Part shown: in pieces, positions 58,101 through 64,000 of the stretch
Position numbering within the stretch: the stretch's first letter is position 1
Layout: each line of letters opens with the position of its first letter
Origin: a virus
Lineage: Duplodnaviria; Caudoviricetes
Length of the DNA stretch: 64,000 nucleotides
Reading direction: 5' to 3' (one strand)
Virus record (IMG/VR): IMGVR_UViG_3300020187_001966
Notes under the pieces: model-generated
Told to the model about the DNA's origin: nothing
The model's input: the letters and a program-made list of their open reading frames with translations, nothing else
Databases searched by the model: none
Position numbers and translations under genes: made by a program

Positions 58101-59868
58101 CTTTTTGTATATGTTTTTTAACAGGCTGTTGTCCACGTACTGTTACCCAACCATTATGATAAGAACTGTCACTAAGTTTTTTATAGTAGTAATAGCCTAG
58201 TACTTCTGAAGTATTAGCGGCATCACTGTTTGCTGTTGTGTCTGTTGAATTTAGAGTAATATAATTATAGCGTTTACTTCCAAGTTCAATATCAAAACTT
58301 AGCCCTGGCTCATTACCATAATCTACATATCTTGGACTAAATCCAAGAGCAGTGTCAATAGTTGTAGTACTAGTACCATAATTAAAAATATGATCACCAG
58401 CAAAGTCATTGTTTGGATATACTGTAGTATTAGTTAAAGGAATACTATTACTGTCATATAAGTTAAACTTAATACCTTGACTGCGACCTGTTTTTTGTTG
58501 TGAGTAAATCCAAGCACTCCCATTCCAATGCCATTCACTACCGCTATAATTTTCAGTTACACTAATACGAATGTTTACGCCATTGTCAGCAACTATTGGC
58601 GTTGAGCTAGGTCCATAAATTTGAGTAAGAGCAGTAACTACATTACTTCCATTTACAGATGCTCTATAGATATTATTGTTATATGGTGATGTGGCATTTA
58701 AAAATAAAACAGTATCATTGTCTTGTAAGTTAAAGTCATTGGATTGTCCAATTATCCCACTAGAAGGATCAGTAACAGTATCAATTAATTGTGTTACACT
58801 ACCTAAACTACTTTTAGCAAAGTTGTATTTCTCAATACCAGCTCTAAATGCTATGATTGGTCGAATACCACGAAACTTATCTAAAGTATAATCACTTGCT
58901 GTTACACCGTTAAATGTACAAATAGTAGTTACAGTTTCTTCGTGTATCCATAAGTTACGTCTACTCCAAACACTTTGGTCTGGAGAGTGGCGTTCTTCAA
59001 CTACATAATCTCTACTCAATACTTCGTATTCAGTGAGGTCATAATTTGGATAAACAAAATTAGTTTCACTGCCATCCCATTGACTTGGTTCTTGTACACC
59101 ATATATAGTATCGTTAAACCATACTCTTTTTCCATAACCAGTGCCGGTGTTTTCAAACTGTCGAGTAAGTTGAATACTAGTACCAACACCATCTACAATG
59201 TAGATATCATCAACAGTGTAATCACTATTTCCTGTTGCATTAGCACCAGTAAACTTAACTCTCATACCATTTAATAAAGGTAGTTGTTCATTATTTGCTA
59301 ATGTTGGTGTCTTATAATATGGCTGTCCAACAATACTAGTAATATCAATTGGATCGCTAGCTGTTGGTTCAGCTACACAAACTGGAAGGAAATCTACTAA
59401 CCAAAAGTAATGATGATAGTTAATAAACATATCATAGTCAATTGGCAAATCTAATGTATAACCAGGCTCGTTAAAAATACGGTTTGTATTAGCAGTATCT
59501 ACTTCATTGTATTTTAATATATCAATCAAGTCGTCATATGTCATTGCTTCAGTAATATTTTGATCTTGATCACGAACTACTCCGCCAGGAACAAATTGAT
59601 AGTCAGTTGCCGCTCTATTGTCAGATATAAATCTGTCAGCAGCTACATTTTTATTTTGTGTGTCACCTAAATAGTAGTTAACAGCTTCCATACTACCACT
59701 TGACATTAACTGCTCAAGAGTGCTATTTAAAAACTTCTTGTTAACAGTTGTTTGAAAAATTGCTGGAAGTAAATCTACAGTATTGCGTGTTCCCACATAC
59801 TCTAAACTTTCTCCAGGCCTAGTAGCATGTGCTGCTATAATTGGATTGGCGTGATACTTTTGGCTCAT
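49099..59868 (-). CDS. Giant virion structural protein (3589 aa), possibly baseplate wedge initiator/fibre-like
   Basis: Uninterrupted ORF coupled (ATGA-type overlap) to the gp6-like gene; Thr/Asn/Ser-rich beta domains, GSGYT repeat, IN-type repeats, two CBM5/12-like motifs. Confidence 0.8.
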   Translation of the reverse strand: MSQKYHANPIIAAHATRPGESLEYVGTRNTVDLLPAIFQTTVNKKFLNSTLEQLMSSGSMEAVNYYLGDTQNKNVAADRFISDNRAATDYQFVPGGVVRDQDQNITEAMTYDDLIDILKYNEVDTANTNRIFNEPGYTLDLPIDYDMFINYHHYFWLVDFLPVCVAEPTASDPIDITSIVGQPYYKTPTLANNEQLPLLNGMRVKFTGANATGNSDYTVDDIYIVDGVGTSIQLTRQFENTGTGYGKRVWFNDTIYGVQEPSQWDGSETNFVYPNYDLTEYEVLSRDYVVEERHSPDQSVWSRRNLWIHEETVTTICTFNGVTASDYTLDKFRGIRPIIAFRAGIEKYNFAKSSLGSVTQLIDTVTDPSSGIIGQSNDFNLQDNDTVLFLNATSPYNNNIYRASVNGSNVVTALTQIYGPSSTPIVADNGVNIRISVTENYSGSEWHWNGSAWIYSQQKTGRSQGIKFNLYDSNSIPLTNTTVYPNNDFAGDHIFNYGTSTTTIDTALGFSPRYVDYGNEPGLSFDIELGSKRYNYITLNSTDTTANSDAANTSEVLGYYYYKKLSDSSYHNGWVTVRGQQPVKKHIQKVVTDTNPIVIDIGTTDIEAPDTFKISKRNDKLEVFQWNSTHTTAEPNLINGLNPALFVDRTNTYNISTIFDINDLEFLNINGSALTNVTLGAPVGNTRTLTVTNAFFDAAILYRLISDNSVSGLIYVNEAYSIPDNLVVTKNGEPYTVYTLADNKITIPGGFPIDDLFDVVWHTNDNITQGTNMPADTHVLNPQNEVLTDVSFGDILTHMKQQIQSIPGFTGSFFGVNNYRHLPHVHEFGGTIRQQPYSTELVNQTSMFTDTNMFSSIKFAMNSYSNFKQQFIQKCVQLHKTLDITVSVIELVEQALTSMNIGKTRNDLYANSEMVKYKEYEEINSSWTASDSPVFNLPQTINTYDDTSNHIQVSIREGDGYTGLVWRSLVKDQDYTITQNKLTITASVMYDSTGKVLVNAKWYPLTSPSFVPPSAVKLGLLDKYSLEIDANNIYGHDGSVTARKGSDLYTRSAAAFNIEDAVLFELETRIYNNLDNTTTTDYKHIMPLASRPNLYNWNDLTTALRSSFTKWKTRNKITSTHDSTEYSVGDKFTWNYSSVGPKIGGWRGIYTYYFNTDRPHTHPWEMFGYNTKPSWWDTNYSWIDVSKRTALITALETGHYNDPALSPKKYNLTYSYSAYDWQTDTLVTNAMVLNDPVTANVVTSPTSAQAMAEIVFGDWGSIENNWRQSSEYKVALFYALLKLRPLKVTNDYFRSNTRSQANFNTVQTLFTDTQMLGNNKLVQLSNKDYEDNIVELVNIKNGGSGYTSAPPLSVFSNFGSGASLQAIVDGGVITAVAVTNPGGNYQTVPSVVPVTGSATFSVLLSSGARRYTAGLNNALVNFAQYNNTTVSTVEDRFKNYMTNPIIKAGGFISSNQEVILESSQDKGRVNIPEENINTLLYTSQPKEELFFSAIKITKVADGYQVAGYDTTNQNFTYFKPNKDAGRVMVNAGNTTVDKYKYYESASSSLDYNTVLSSLQDLYEFILGYGEYLESQGWTATWASTGSNTVIWSETAELADIHYATPSTTKIEVKESSNGYFSNINNKFDGQHNVVSKAGLQILNNKLIITRDVIGEDDAVTIIEANAGTEIYGIRLYRVEIEHIMVIDNESNFDDLIYNPALGVRHKRVIWRGSRSKNWNGKLFAPGYIVNRDGVTPNFDTVANEIDQYYGPGNTLSNQQQVDAARFNTGYNKPAWNDIVGLDDDTLFNFVKGTRKYRGTRHALNAFMRNTALFGTLSTAKVHEEWAIRTADYGDTRSRNTLEFELTTDLIKTNPQPVRFSSTELNDVLSDIVIDVDFNSPLLVNGTPGNNFTTRLAKTFNYTTIEQENTYANDFVTAGLPLLTETDYRVLNKNDFVQFPTEVKEAYNFDGNWKDIEQWDNKTAYKYKDRVIYAGRVWEVLDPDGTSGLTKPNDPIETTASVTLPVIPNSGQTLIIDGTTINLVQSTNTTTFSIINLTGTQDIGTTDVVVDNSTLVIGSTSANARTITFDSTSTSTVFNDVSIVGNTISPQIEGSATSTLIIESTTINFNETENLSNNITAQTAFEQMFFDAFESGVNTPTIRANVATARVQRIEALRTAYIAASSQAAWDTLLSNYFANSPVGLEFSVLLALDAGTPAYQSELHALITNDVDLVNNSIGTTYNALNVIAGTETVTQANISSAQADLDDSSLPEAIRDWLQSNSGTTFTTSQIVSTTTVTGYKTYNLAEIIDKINDESIANVTASSSSNRLVITKTTTTPNTEFTLTVGVGTANLEVGFSDVGPTTETSSGSIISDSPNLTIAQVVQQINNANITGITALAGGASSNVLQINSNLETLFIGAGSANTIVGISSGITNAPISTTSVSTTVDLNSIINIINSASLSGIGATNSSNRLKLTSTNSTLVIGAGTANTTLGLTAGTLSAVQTQISNVFNAFVGSDGNQVFQEMTNDPHIFSIWLADNVGDNDSNSGYAVYQTMDFGMSISKACAGNNDADDALISVNLSDGNTQAHNLVTDDYVFIVGSNTVPNIDGIHRVTAVNPDNTLVFYIDEYIQEEGTVGNIYPLRNVRFSDFNTLDNNTNATVNGVFKYNFNGLRQNNQQTPKYAFVDDDGNGSPAVYKWVGNYTNSTGHTGTGWTKVRESATQARNDLIESVKLYDAYTKSTITQLEIFDPAKGIIPGFIDEEIDLILTADIASYNYNTVDGFNENTKSWATEQIGMRWWDINTAIYVDYEQSSIDYKQAYWGRLFDGASIDVYEWTRSSVPPEEWKTLVDRGGYIDGSPASGTPLSVDIDNETVYNWTEEKFYNSQSKRTEKNYFFWVKGKQNNTSKRNYNTYQLARLLENPSAFNISWAAAAGSSELLLSNVELYITNNTVVQVNQRVDSNALPLNEWTLLSENDSASIIPEQLHIKMRDSLTGYNRHTERYTYTTWSTGTVYAVDAVVQDGDNFYINLLADNTGNQPSLDTAMEKWVRIYDYNLPDGTPESDIDVARPHALPDLNLHPYNRYGHLVRPRQSLVRELPIARQNFIETANNLLADIPLIDGGDSWETVMNKISIEGVVSYDISPYWSYVDYTRKTYDNNDSLVYEYNTSISPKYTADSKDELYGELGVPFPYVNGDTLKITTVMHSDDINRPETYSRINDEWVLEHKVKGTIQLSEELWNSQKFGLGYDISGFDIDGFDNSVDGILSTIFDGLRSHIFVGRHQVKYNKLWFKCLYQAIADNTADDFAFKTTFVKLNVDHPLLTNKERYGNFNVNVVEEFFNTIKPFHTKLHSITDRNTHTDSWENEISELSRNSVITMKYEDHTERTWAGDTILTGGTFTTAPDNVDAITFTTVDGDIEYIYDANVFQQAVTEGWGNELYPMDVHENVSILVQTNASGSTETTDTRSFRMNIWEQYRIQESTAVVDATSTVTATSVIASDDNTIIVDNATGFPDSGVVWVGNERVEYGAKLGTTLFYCTRGTYGTPVLTNTPVGTTVRYEPTIPVLENFGHYGDNLRLAYNDSGVSLASAGITPEHTFIRNAGSGSI
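52441..53025 (-). repeat. Three ~55-aa 'IN'-type protein repeats in the giant protein
   Basis: LAEIIDKIN...SNRLVI...GVGTAN; IAQVVQQIN...SNVLQI...GAGSAN; LNSIINIIN...SNRLKL...GAGTAN. Confidence 0.7.
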
Positions 59869-62800
59869 GTAATGCTAACTCCGCTGTTTGCTGCTATTGA
59901 TGTAGGATTATAAACTGTACTCTTACTTACAGTAATGTTACTGGTTGTTATAACTGGTAAAAATAATTCGTCACTGTCACTAATTATTTCAAATAATGCG
60001 TTTGGTTTTGCTTGGTTGTCCACTGATTCGATATTAATCTGCGCTACTTGACCAACTGTATTATTGTGAATAAACGCTGCTAGTTCAGTAAAATAAAATG
60101 TTTCTCCAAAGTCCCAATTATCAATACCAAAGTATGCGTTAACTAAGCGTATTACTTCTTGCTTAATTTCAGTATCACTTAGTGTACAGTTAGCAGTTTT
60201 TGTTACGTTAAATTTAGCTTGTAATTCACTACTTGCCAAATCACCAAAAAGTATTTTGTACTTAACTGGGCGATATATAACTTGATCACTGATTGATTTT
60301 TTATTGTCTAAACTTTTAAATAAGTCGTTTAGTGATGAGATAGTAGGTGGGTTTGGTTTAGTATATCCTCTGCCATCATATCTTGCCCATGTTCTAAAAC
60401 TATTTTCGTATGTTGACAACAATACATATGTATCAATAATGTTAGTTGTTGCTGGATCAATAACTTGATTAACGTCAGCAATTCTTGTATACTTGCTTGC
60501 CAAGCCACTACGTCCAGTTACAGATGTTCCACTACTAGCATCATGTACTGTGTAAGTAAATCCATCAATAACTTTTGTATTAAGTGTGATTGTTTCATCT
60601 CCAACAATGTCATGGAAAGCACTTGGATTTACTGGAAATCCATCATTAGTAGGACTTGATAATGTTAATCTAATCTTATTAGGATCAGTATATCCATCTG
60701 GGTATGTAAAGTATCCAGATGCGTTCATGGTGTAATCTGATCCAATTGGTAAACTGTTTGATTTACTTTTACTATTAATGCCTAGTACTTTAATATTATC
60801 CATACTTGGCTTTAGTGTTTCACTACTAAATGTTTCAGCAAAGTTTAAGTTAGCAAATTTAATTTGTTCATCACTACCAAATATATAACGTGTCTTACGT
60901 GTTACAATTTCCCACTGTGATGACGTATAGTTTAGTCTAATAATCCAACTGTTGTCAAGACCTGTACCGTTTGTGTCGCCTTCATACGTTCTATTCCAAC
61001 TACTTGGATTGTTATTTGTAAGTGAACTAGTAACTAAGTTACTACCAGTAACTACTACCCAAGCCTGTGTTGTGGCATCATAACGTAAGCCAAAACTGTT
61101 ATTGTTTGTAATAAGATTAAGTACGTCTGTTTTGACAGTGCTAGTTAAGTCGTTAGCCCAACTTGGTATAATACGCTTAATACGTGCACCACTTGGAATA
61201 ACTTCACTAAGTGTAACACTACCTCGACCAATTTGGTCAATACCAGTTTGTGTTCCAGCACTGTTATCAATTCCTAGTCCGTCATTATAAATTCCTGTTA
61301 CTCTTACCCATTTTGTGTCAGCACTTGATACTACGGCTGTTGCTGTAGCACCTGACCCGCCACCGCCAGTAATTGTAACACTAGTAGCACTATCATAACT
61401 TAGTCCAGAGTCTGTAATAGTAATACTGACTAAAGCACCACTACCATCAATATTTGCTGTACCAGTTGCTCCTGTTCCAGCACCAGTAATTGATACTGTT
61501 GGATCTGATGTATATCCACTACCAGCAGAAGTTATCTTAATACTGCTGATGTATCCAATTTTATAAGGAGGAGTTACAAACTCAATGATTGAGTTTATAT
61601 CAATTTTATTCATTGGAGCAATGCCATTAGCCTTAACACGTTGTATAATACTAGCATCGTTAGTTAAGTATCCTGTACTTGTGTTTCCGCCTTTGGTAAC
61701 TTGGTTCCAACGGAATGTATTTGTTTCTGTGCCATCTGCGTTGTGATAAACAATGTTAGCAGTTGTATCAGTATATTGGCTAGCTGGTGTATACGAACCA
61801 TCTGGTCCATAATACTGTCTATCATAAAAGAAGTTTTTAACTTCTGGGTTGTCCAACAGCGGCTTAATAAATCTACTGTATGTTTGCTCACTGTTTAAAT
61901 TTGTTGGCAAACTAACTACACTGCGGGCTGCTACGTCTTCTCTATATAGATAACCATCATCTAAAAATTGTATAGCATCGCTGTAACTACCAGTTGGGTC
62001 ATTAAAATCTCTAAAGCGGCTGTGTCCACTGTGTACACGGTTGACACTTTTAATCTTGCGAATGTTTTCGCTTACTGTTAATGGGAAAATACTATAATCT
62101 TCTGCTGTAACAAGTCTATCTTGTGTGCTATGGAATCTACCAGCATTGTCTTTAATACTTTGTAGACTTTCACGTTGACTAGCATTACTTACTCTAGATT
62201 TTAAACTTGCTGTAAATGTAGCACGATATGTATTCCCATCACTGCCTAGATAGTTAAATGAATATGATGTTGTACCAAAACTTTCAGGGTTTAGTGTATA
62301 ACTAAGGTTCAATCCAGTTCTATACCAAACACGAATAATACCACGTGGGATATTACCAAAATCTCCATCACCAAACACAATACTAATTTTGTCATCTTCT
62401 CTGCTTGACACAGTATAAATGTTTCTAAAGTTGTTGTCAAGATTATTGTATATTGCGTTTAGACCAAATATACGATCTACTGACATCCAGTCTGTTAATA
62501 CTTGTCCAACTTCGTCAACAGTTTGTACCCAAATGTTTCCGTTTGCTACGTTAATATCGTCTATATCAAGTACAAGGTTTGGTAATCCATCAGCAATACC
62601 AAAGTCTTTAAACTGTAGTGTACCTTGTTTAAATCCAAAAAAGAATCCTGTGTCAGGACTACTAAATCCGCCATTGTCATTTCTATATATTATGTCAAGT
62701 GCGCCGAATGGATCAGGAGTTTTTTCTTGAATGCGGTTTAAACTACTATTAAGATATACACTATGTGCGCCAAATACTGCTCGGCTTCCACTAACATTTG

Positions 62801-63404
62801 CGTTAAACTCAGATGATGGTTCAGCTCCTATACTAGATGTTCTATAAATTTCATTTGTAATACCATCACGTACACCTCTACTAAATGGTGTGCCAAATTG
62901 ATTACTACTATTAAACGTACTATTCATTACAGTAATAAAATTTTGGTATGCTGTTGGATCAGTAACATCTTCAAACTGTAAGTCAACATTCGCAAGACTG
63001 TTTCCGTCTACATCGTATACTGTTTCAGTTGTTTTGATACTGTCAATTTTTAAATATCCACTAGCTACTACATTACGTGTTGGGTTATAACCTAAAAATT
63101 CAGCAATGCGGAGGGCGCTATCTCTGCGTTCTGCTGTACTTAGATAATTTTCACGTGAGTTAAGATCGTTTCTAAATGCTAAGTTGTGTCCTAAGAATGC
63201 CATTAATTCTAGTAAACTTGTAAACTCACTTGAGCTAATCCAGTCATTAAAATTTTCTGGGTAGTTGGTATCTATATACTCTACCATTGCGTTCTTGATA
63301 GTGTCAAAGTCGTATGCTTGGAAGTTTGCTTGAGCAAAACTTTCGTATACTACACTAAAATCTTCAGCAGCAAATAAACTGCTCTGTCTTGCGCCTTGTG
63401 CCAT
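59865..63404 (-). CDS. Baseplate wedge subunit, T4 gp6-like
   Basis: DFDTIK..M..YI...F.D...S...LLELMAF...R.D...E.YL.TA.RR.S..R.A..LGY.P; FGDG.FG..P; ESLQSIK..A...Q.RLVT.EDY. Confidence 0.88.
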   Translation of the reverse strand: MAQGARQSSLFAAEDFSVVYESFAQANFQAYDFDTIKNAMVEYIDTNYPENFNDWISSSEFTSLLELMAFLGHNLAFRNDLNSRENYLSTAERRDSALRIAEFLGYNPTRNVVASGYLKIDSIKTTETVYDVDGNSLANVDLQFEDVTDPTAYQNFITVMNSTFNSSNQFGTPFSRGVRDGITNEIYRTSSIGAEPSSEFNANVSGSRAVFGAHSVYLNSSLNRIQEKTPDPFGALDIIYRNDNGGFSSPDTGFFFGFKQGTLQFKDFGIADGLPNLVLDIDDINVANGNIWVQTVDEVGQVLTDWMSVDRIFGLNAIYNNLDNNFRNIYTVSSREDDKISIVFGDGDFGNIPRGIIRVWYRTGLNLSYTLNPESFGTTSYSFNYLGSDGNTYRATFTASLKSRVSNASQRESLQSIKDNAGRFHSTQDRLVTAEDYSIFPLTVSENIRKIKSVNRVHSGHSRFRDFNDPTGSYSDAIQFLDDGYLYREDVAARSVVSLPTNLNSEQTYSRFIKPLLDNPEVKNFFYDRQYYGPDGSYTPASQYTDTTANIVYHNADGTETNTFRWNQVTKGGNTSTGYLTNDASIIQRVKANGIAPMNKIDINSIIEFVTPPYKIGYISSIKITSAGSGYTSDPTVSITGAGTGATGTANIDGSGALVSITITDSGLSYDSATSVTITGGGGSGATATAVVSSADTKWVRVTGIYNDGLGIDNSAGTQTGIDQIGRGSVTLSEVIPSGARIKRIIPSWANDLTSTVKTDVLNLITNNNSFGLRYDATTQAWVVVTGSNLVTSSLTNNNPSSWNRTYEGDTNGTGLDNSWIIRLNYTSSQWEIVTRKTRYIFGSDEQIKFANLNFAETFSSETLKPSMDNIKVLGINSKSKSNSLPIGSDYTMNASGYFTYPDGYTDPNKIRLTLSSPTNDGFPVNPSAFHDIVGDETITLNTKVIDGFTYTVHDASSGTSVTGRSGLASKYTRIADVNQVIDPATTNIIDTYVLLSTYENSFRTWARYDGRGYTKPNPPTISSLNDLFKSLDNKKSISDQVIYRPVKYKILFGDLASSELQAKFNVTKTANCTLSDTEIKQEVIRLVNAYFGIDNWDFGETFYFTELAAFIHNNTVGQVAQINIESVDNQAKPNALFEIISDSDELFLPVITTSNITVSKSTVYNPTSIAANSGVSIT

Positions 63405-63769
63405 TATGTTATCTCACTTGTGTATGTTAAATATAGTTCTTCAGCTAATCCAGTATCATCGTAAACAACACGTACTCGTATATCAAGTTGATGATCTGTT
63501 GGCTTACTTAGATTTACTTCACTAAAAATCCATCTCGGGTCGCTATCAATAATATTTTGTACATCATCTCTTGCGGCCTGTTCTGTAATATCGTCCAAAG
63601 GTTCAAAAACTAAATCTGGTAGTATTGATCCAAAATTTGGGTTCATAACTCTTTCGCCTTTACGTGTGTAAAAGTGATTCATTAAGTCGCGAACAGCTAA
63701 GTCCTTGTCTACAAGGACTGTATTAATGTCTGTTCTATCAATTGTGCTATATCCAACGTATGTAACCAT
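63404..63769 (-). CDS. Baseplate protein, T4 gp25-like
   Basis: DLMNHFYTRKGERVMNPNFGS...FEPL...DPR gp25/GPW signature. Confidence 0.9.
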   Translation of the reverse strand: MVTYVGYSTIDRTDINTVLVDKDLAVRDLMNHFYTRKGERVMNPNFGSILPDLVFEPLDDITEQAARDDVQNIIDSDPRWIFSEVNLSKPTDHQLDIRVRVVYDDTGLAEELYLTYTSEIT

Positions 63770-63774
63770 ACTGA

Positions 63775-63782
63775 TATTTATA
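63775..63782 (-). promoter_or_regulatory. T4-type late promoter TATAAATA
   Basis: Exact motif 5 nt upstream of the gp25-like ATG. Confidence 0.65.
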
Positions 63783-63802
63783 GCAAAATTAACTGCTATG
63801 TT

Positions 63803-64000
63803 TTAAATTTTAGTGGTAAATCGAACAATATCACCAGTTTTTAATGATTTAGTTATAGTAATAACGTTATTAAGTAATGTAAAGTCAAAATAATGCTGGA
63901 TTGCTTCACCATTTACTTCTACTCTAAGTTTTTCCATTGGTTCCATACTTGGACTATCTGTTATTGTAAATACATTGGTGTCACTATACGTAAAGTTTTC
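63803..64000 (-). CDS. 3' end of a probable structural protein (partial)
   Basis: Open frame from the window edge: ENFTYSDTNVFTIT...VEVNGE...NNVITITKSLKTGDIVRFTTKI*, a beta-sandwich-like tail. Confidence 0.65.
   Translation of the reverse strand, partial: ENFTYSDTNVFTITDSPSMEPMEKLRVEVNGEAIQHYFDFTLLNNVITITKSLKTGDIVRFTTKI

Noticed and set aside
61320-61560. GSGYT/GGGG repeats in the gp6-like protein
   Set aside because: These are common in structural proteins of T4-like marine phages, so not novel.
1-64000. Stop-codon reassignment, as in some large phages
   Set aside because: Genes tile fully in the standard code and end in TAA, TGA or TAG with normal overlaps; the one split gene changes frame, so readthrough cannot explain it.
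1-64000. CRISPR array, tRNA/rRNA, intron, intein, homing endonuclease or IS element
   Set aside because: No repeat-spacer structure and no intergenic gap large enough; no intein or endonuclease motifs were noticed. tRNAscan-SE and Infernal were not run.

Overview
A 64-kb, AT-rich (about one-third GC by eye, not computed), gap-free fragment of a large myovirus-type phage, with every credible gene on the minus strand. In transcription order (right to left) it starts with a virion module at 46.4-64 kb. This holds a gp25-like and a gp6-like baseplate gene, a 3589-aa structural protein, a short fibre protein with an autoproteolytic chaperone domain, and a Gly-Tyr-repeat structural protein. It runs straight into a ~46-kb biosynthetic cluster that is probably cut by the left window edge. 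The cluster holds 17 radical SAM (rSAM) enzymes with intact CxxxCxxC: 11 with an N-terminal twitch domain, 4 with a C-terminal SPASM/twitch (one split into two genes), and 2 of cobalamin-binding type. It also has one Cys-less rSAM pseudo-enzyme, three QueC-like PP-loop ATPases, two 2OG-Fe(II) oxygenase-like proteins, two PLP enzymes, a carbamoyltransferase, C- and O-methyltransferases, a sulfotransferase, an SGNH protein, nucleotide-sugar enzymes, four glycosyltransferase-like genes, a nitroreductase and a three-member unknown His/Glu family. T4-type late promoter motifs (TATAAATA) and two near-consensus sigma70 promoters are visible. My best inference is a phage-encoded pathway that builds a heavily decorated glycan or other post-translational modification for the virion. 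DNA hypermodification or host-surface remodelling are alternatives that the sequence cannot exclude. All family calls are from motif recognition, not database searches. No tRNA, rRNA, CRISPR array or mobile element was seen.
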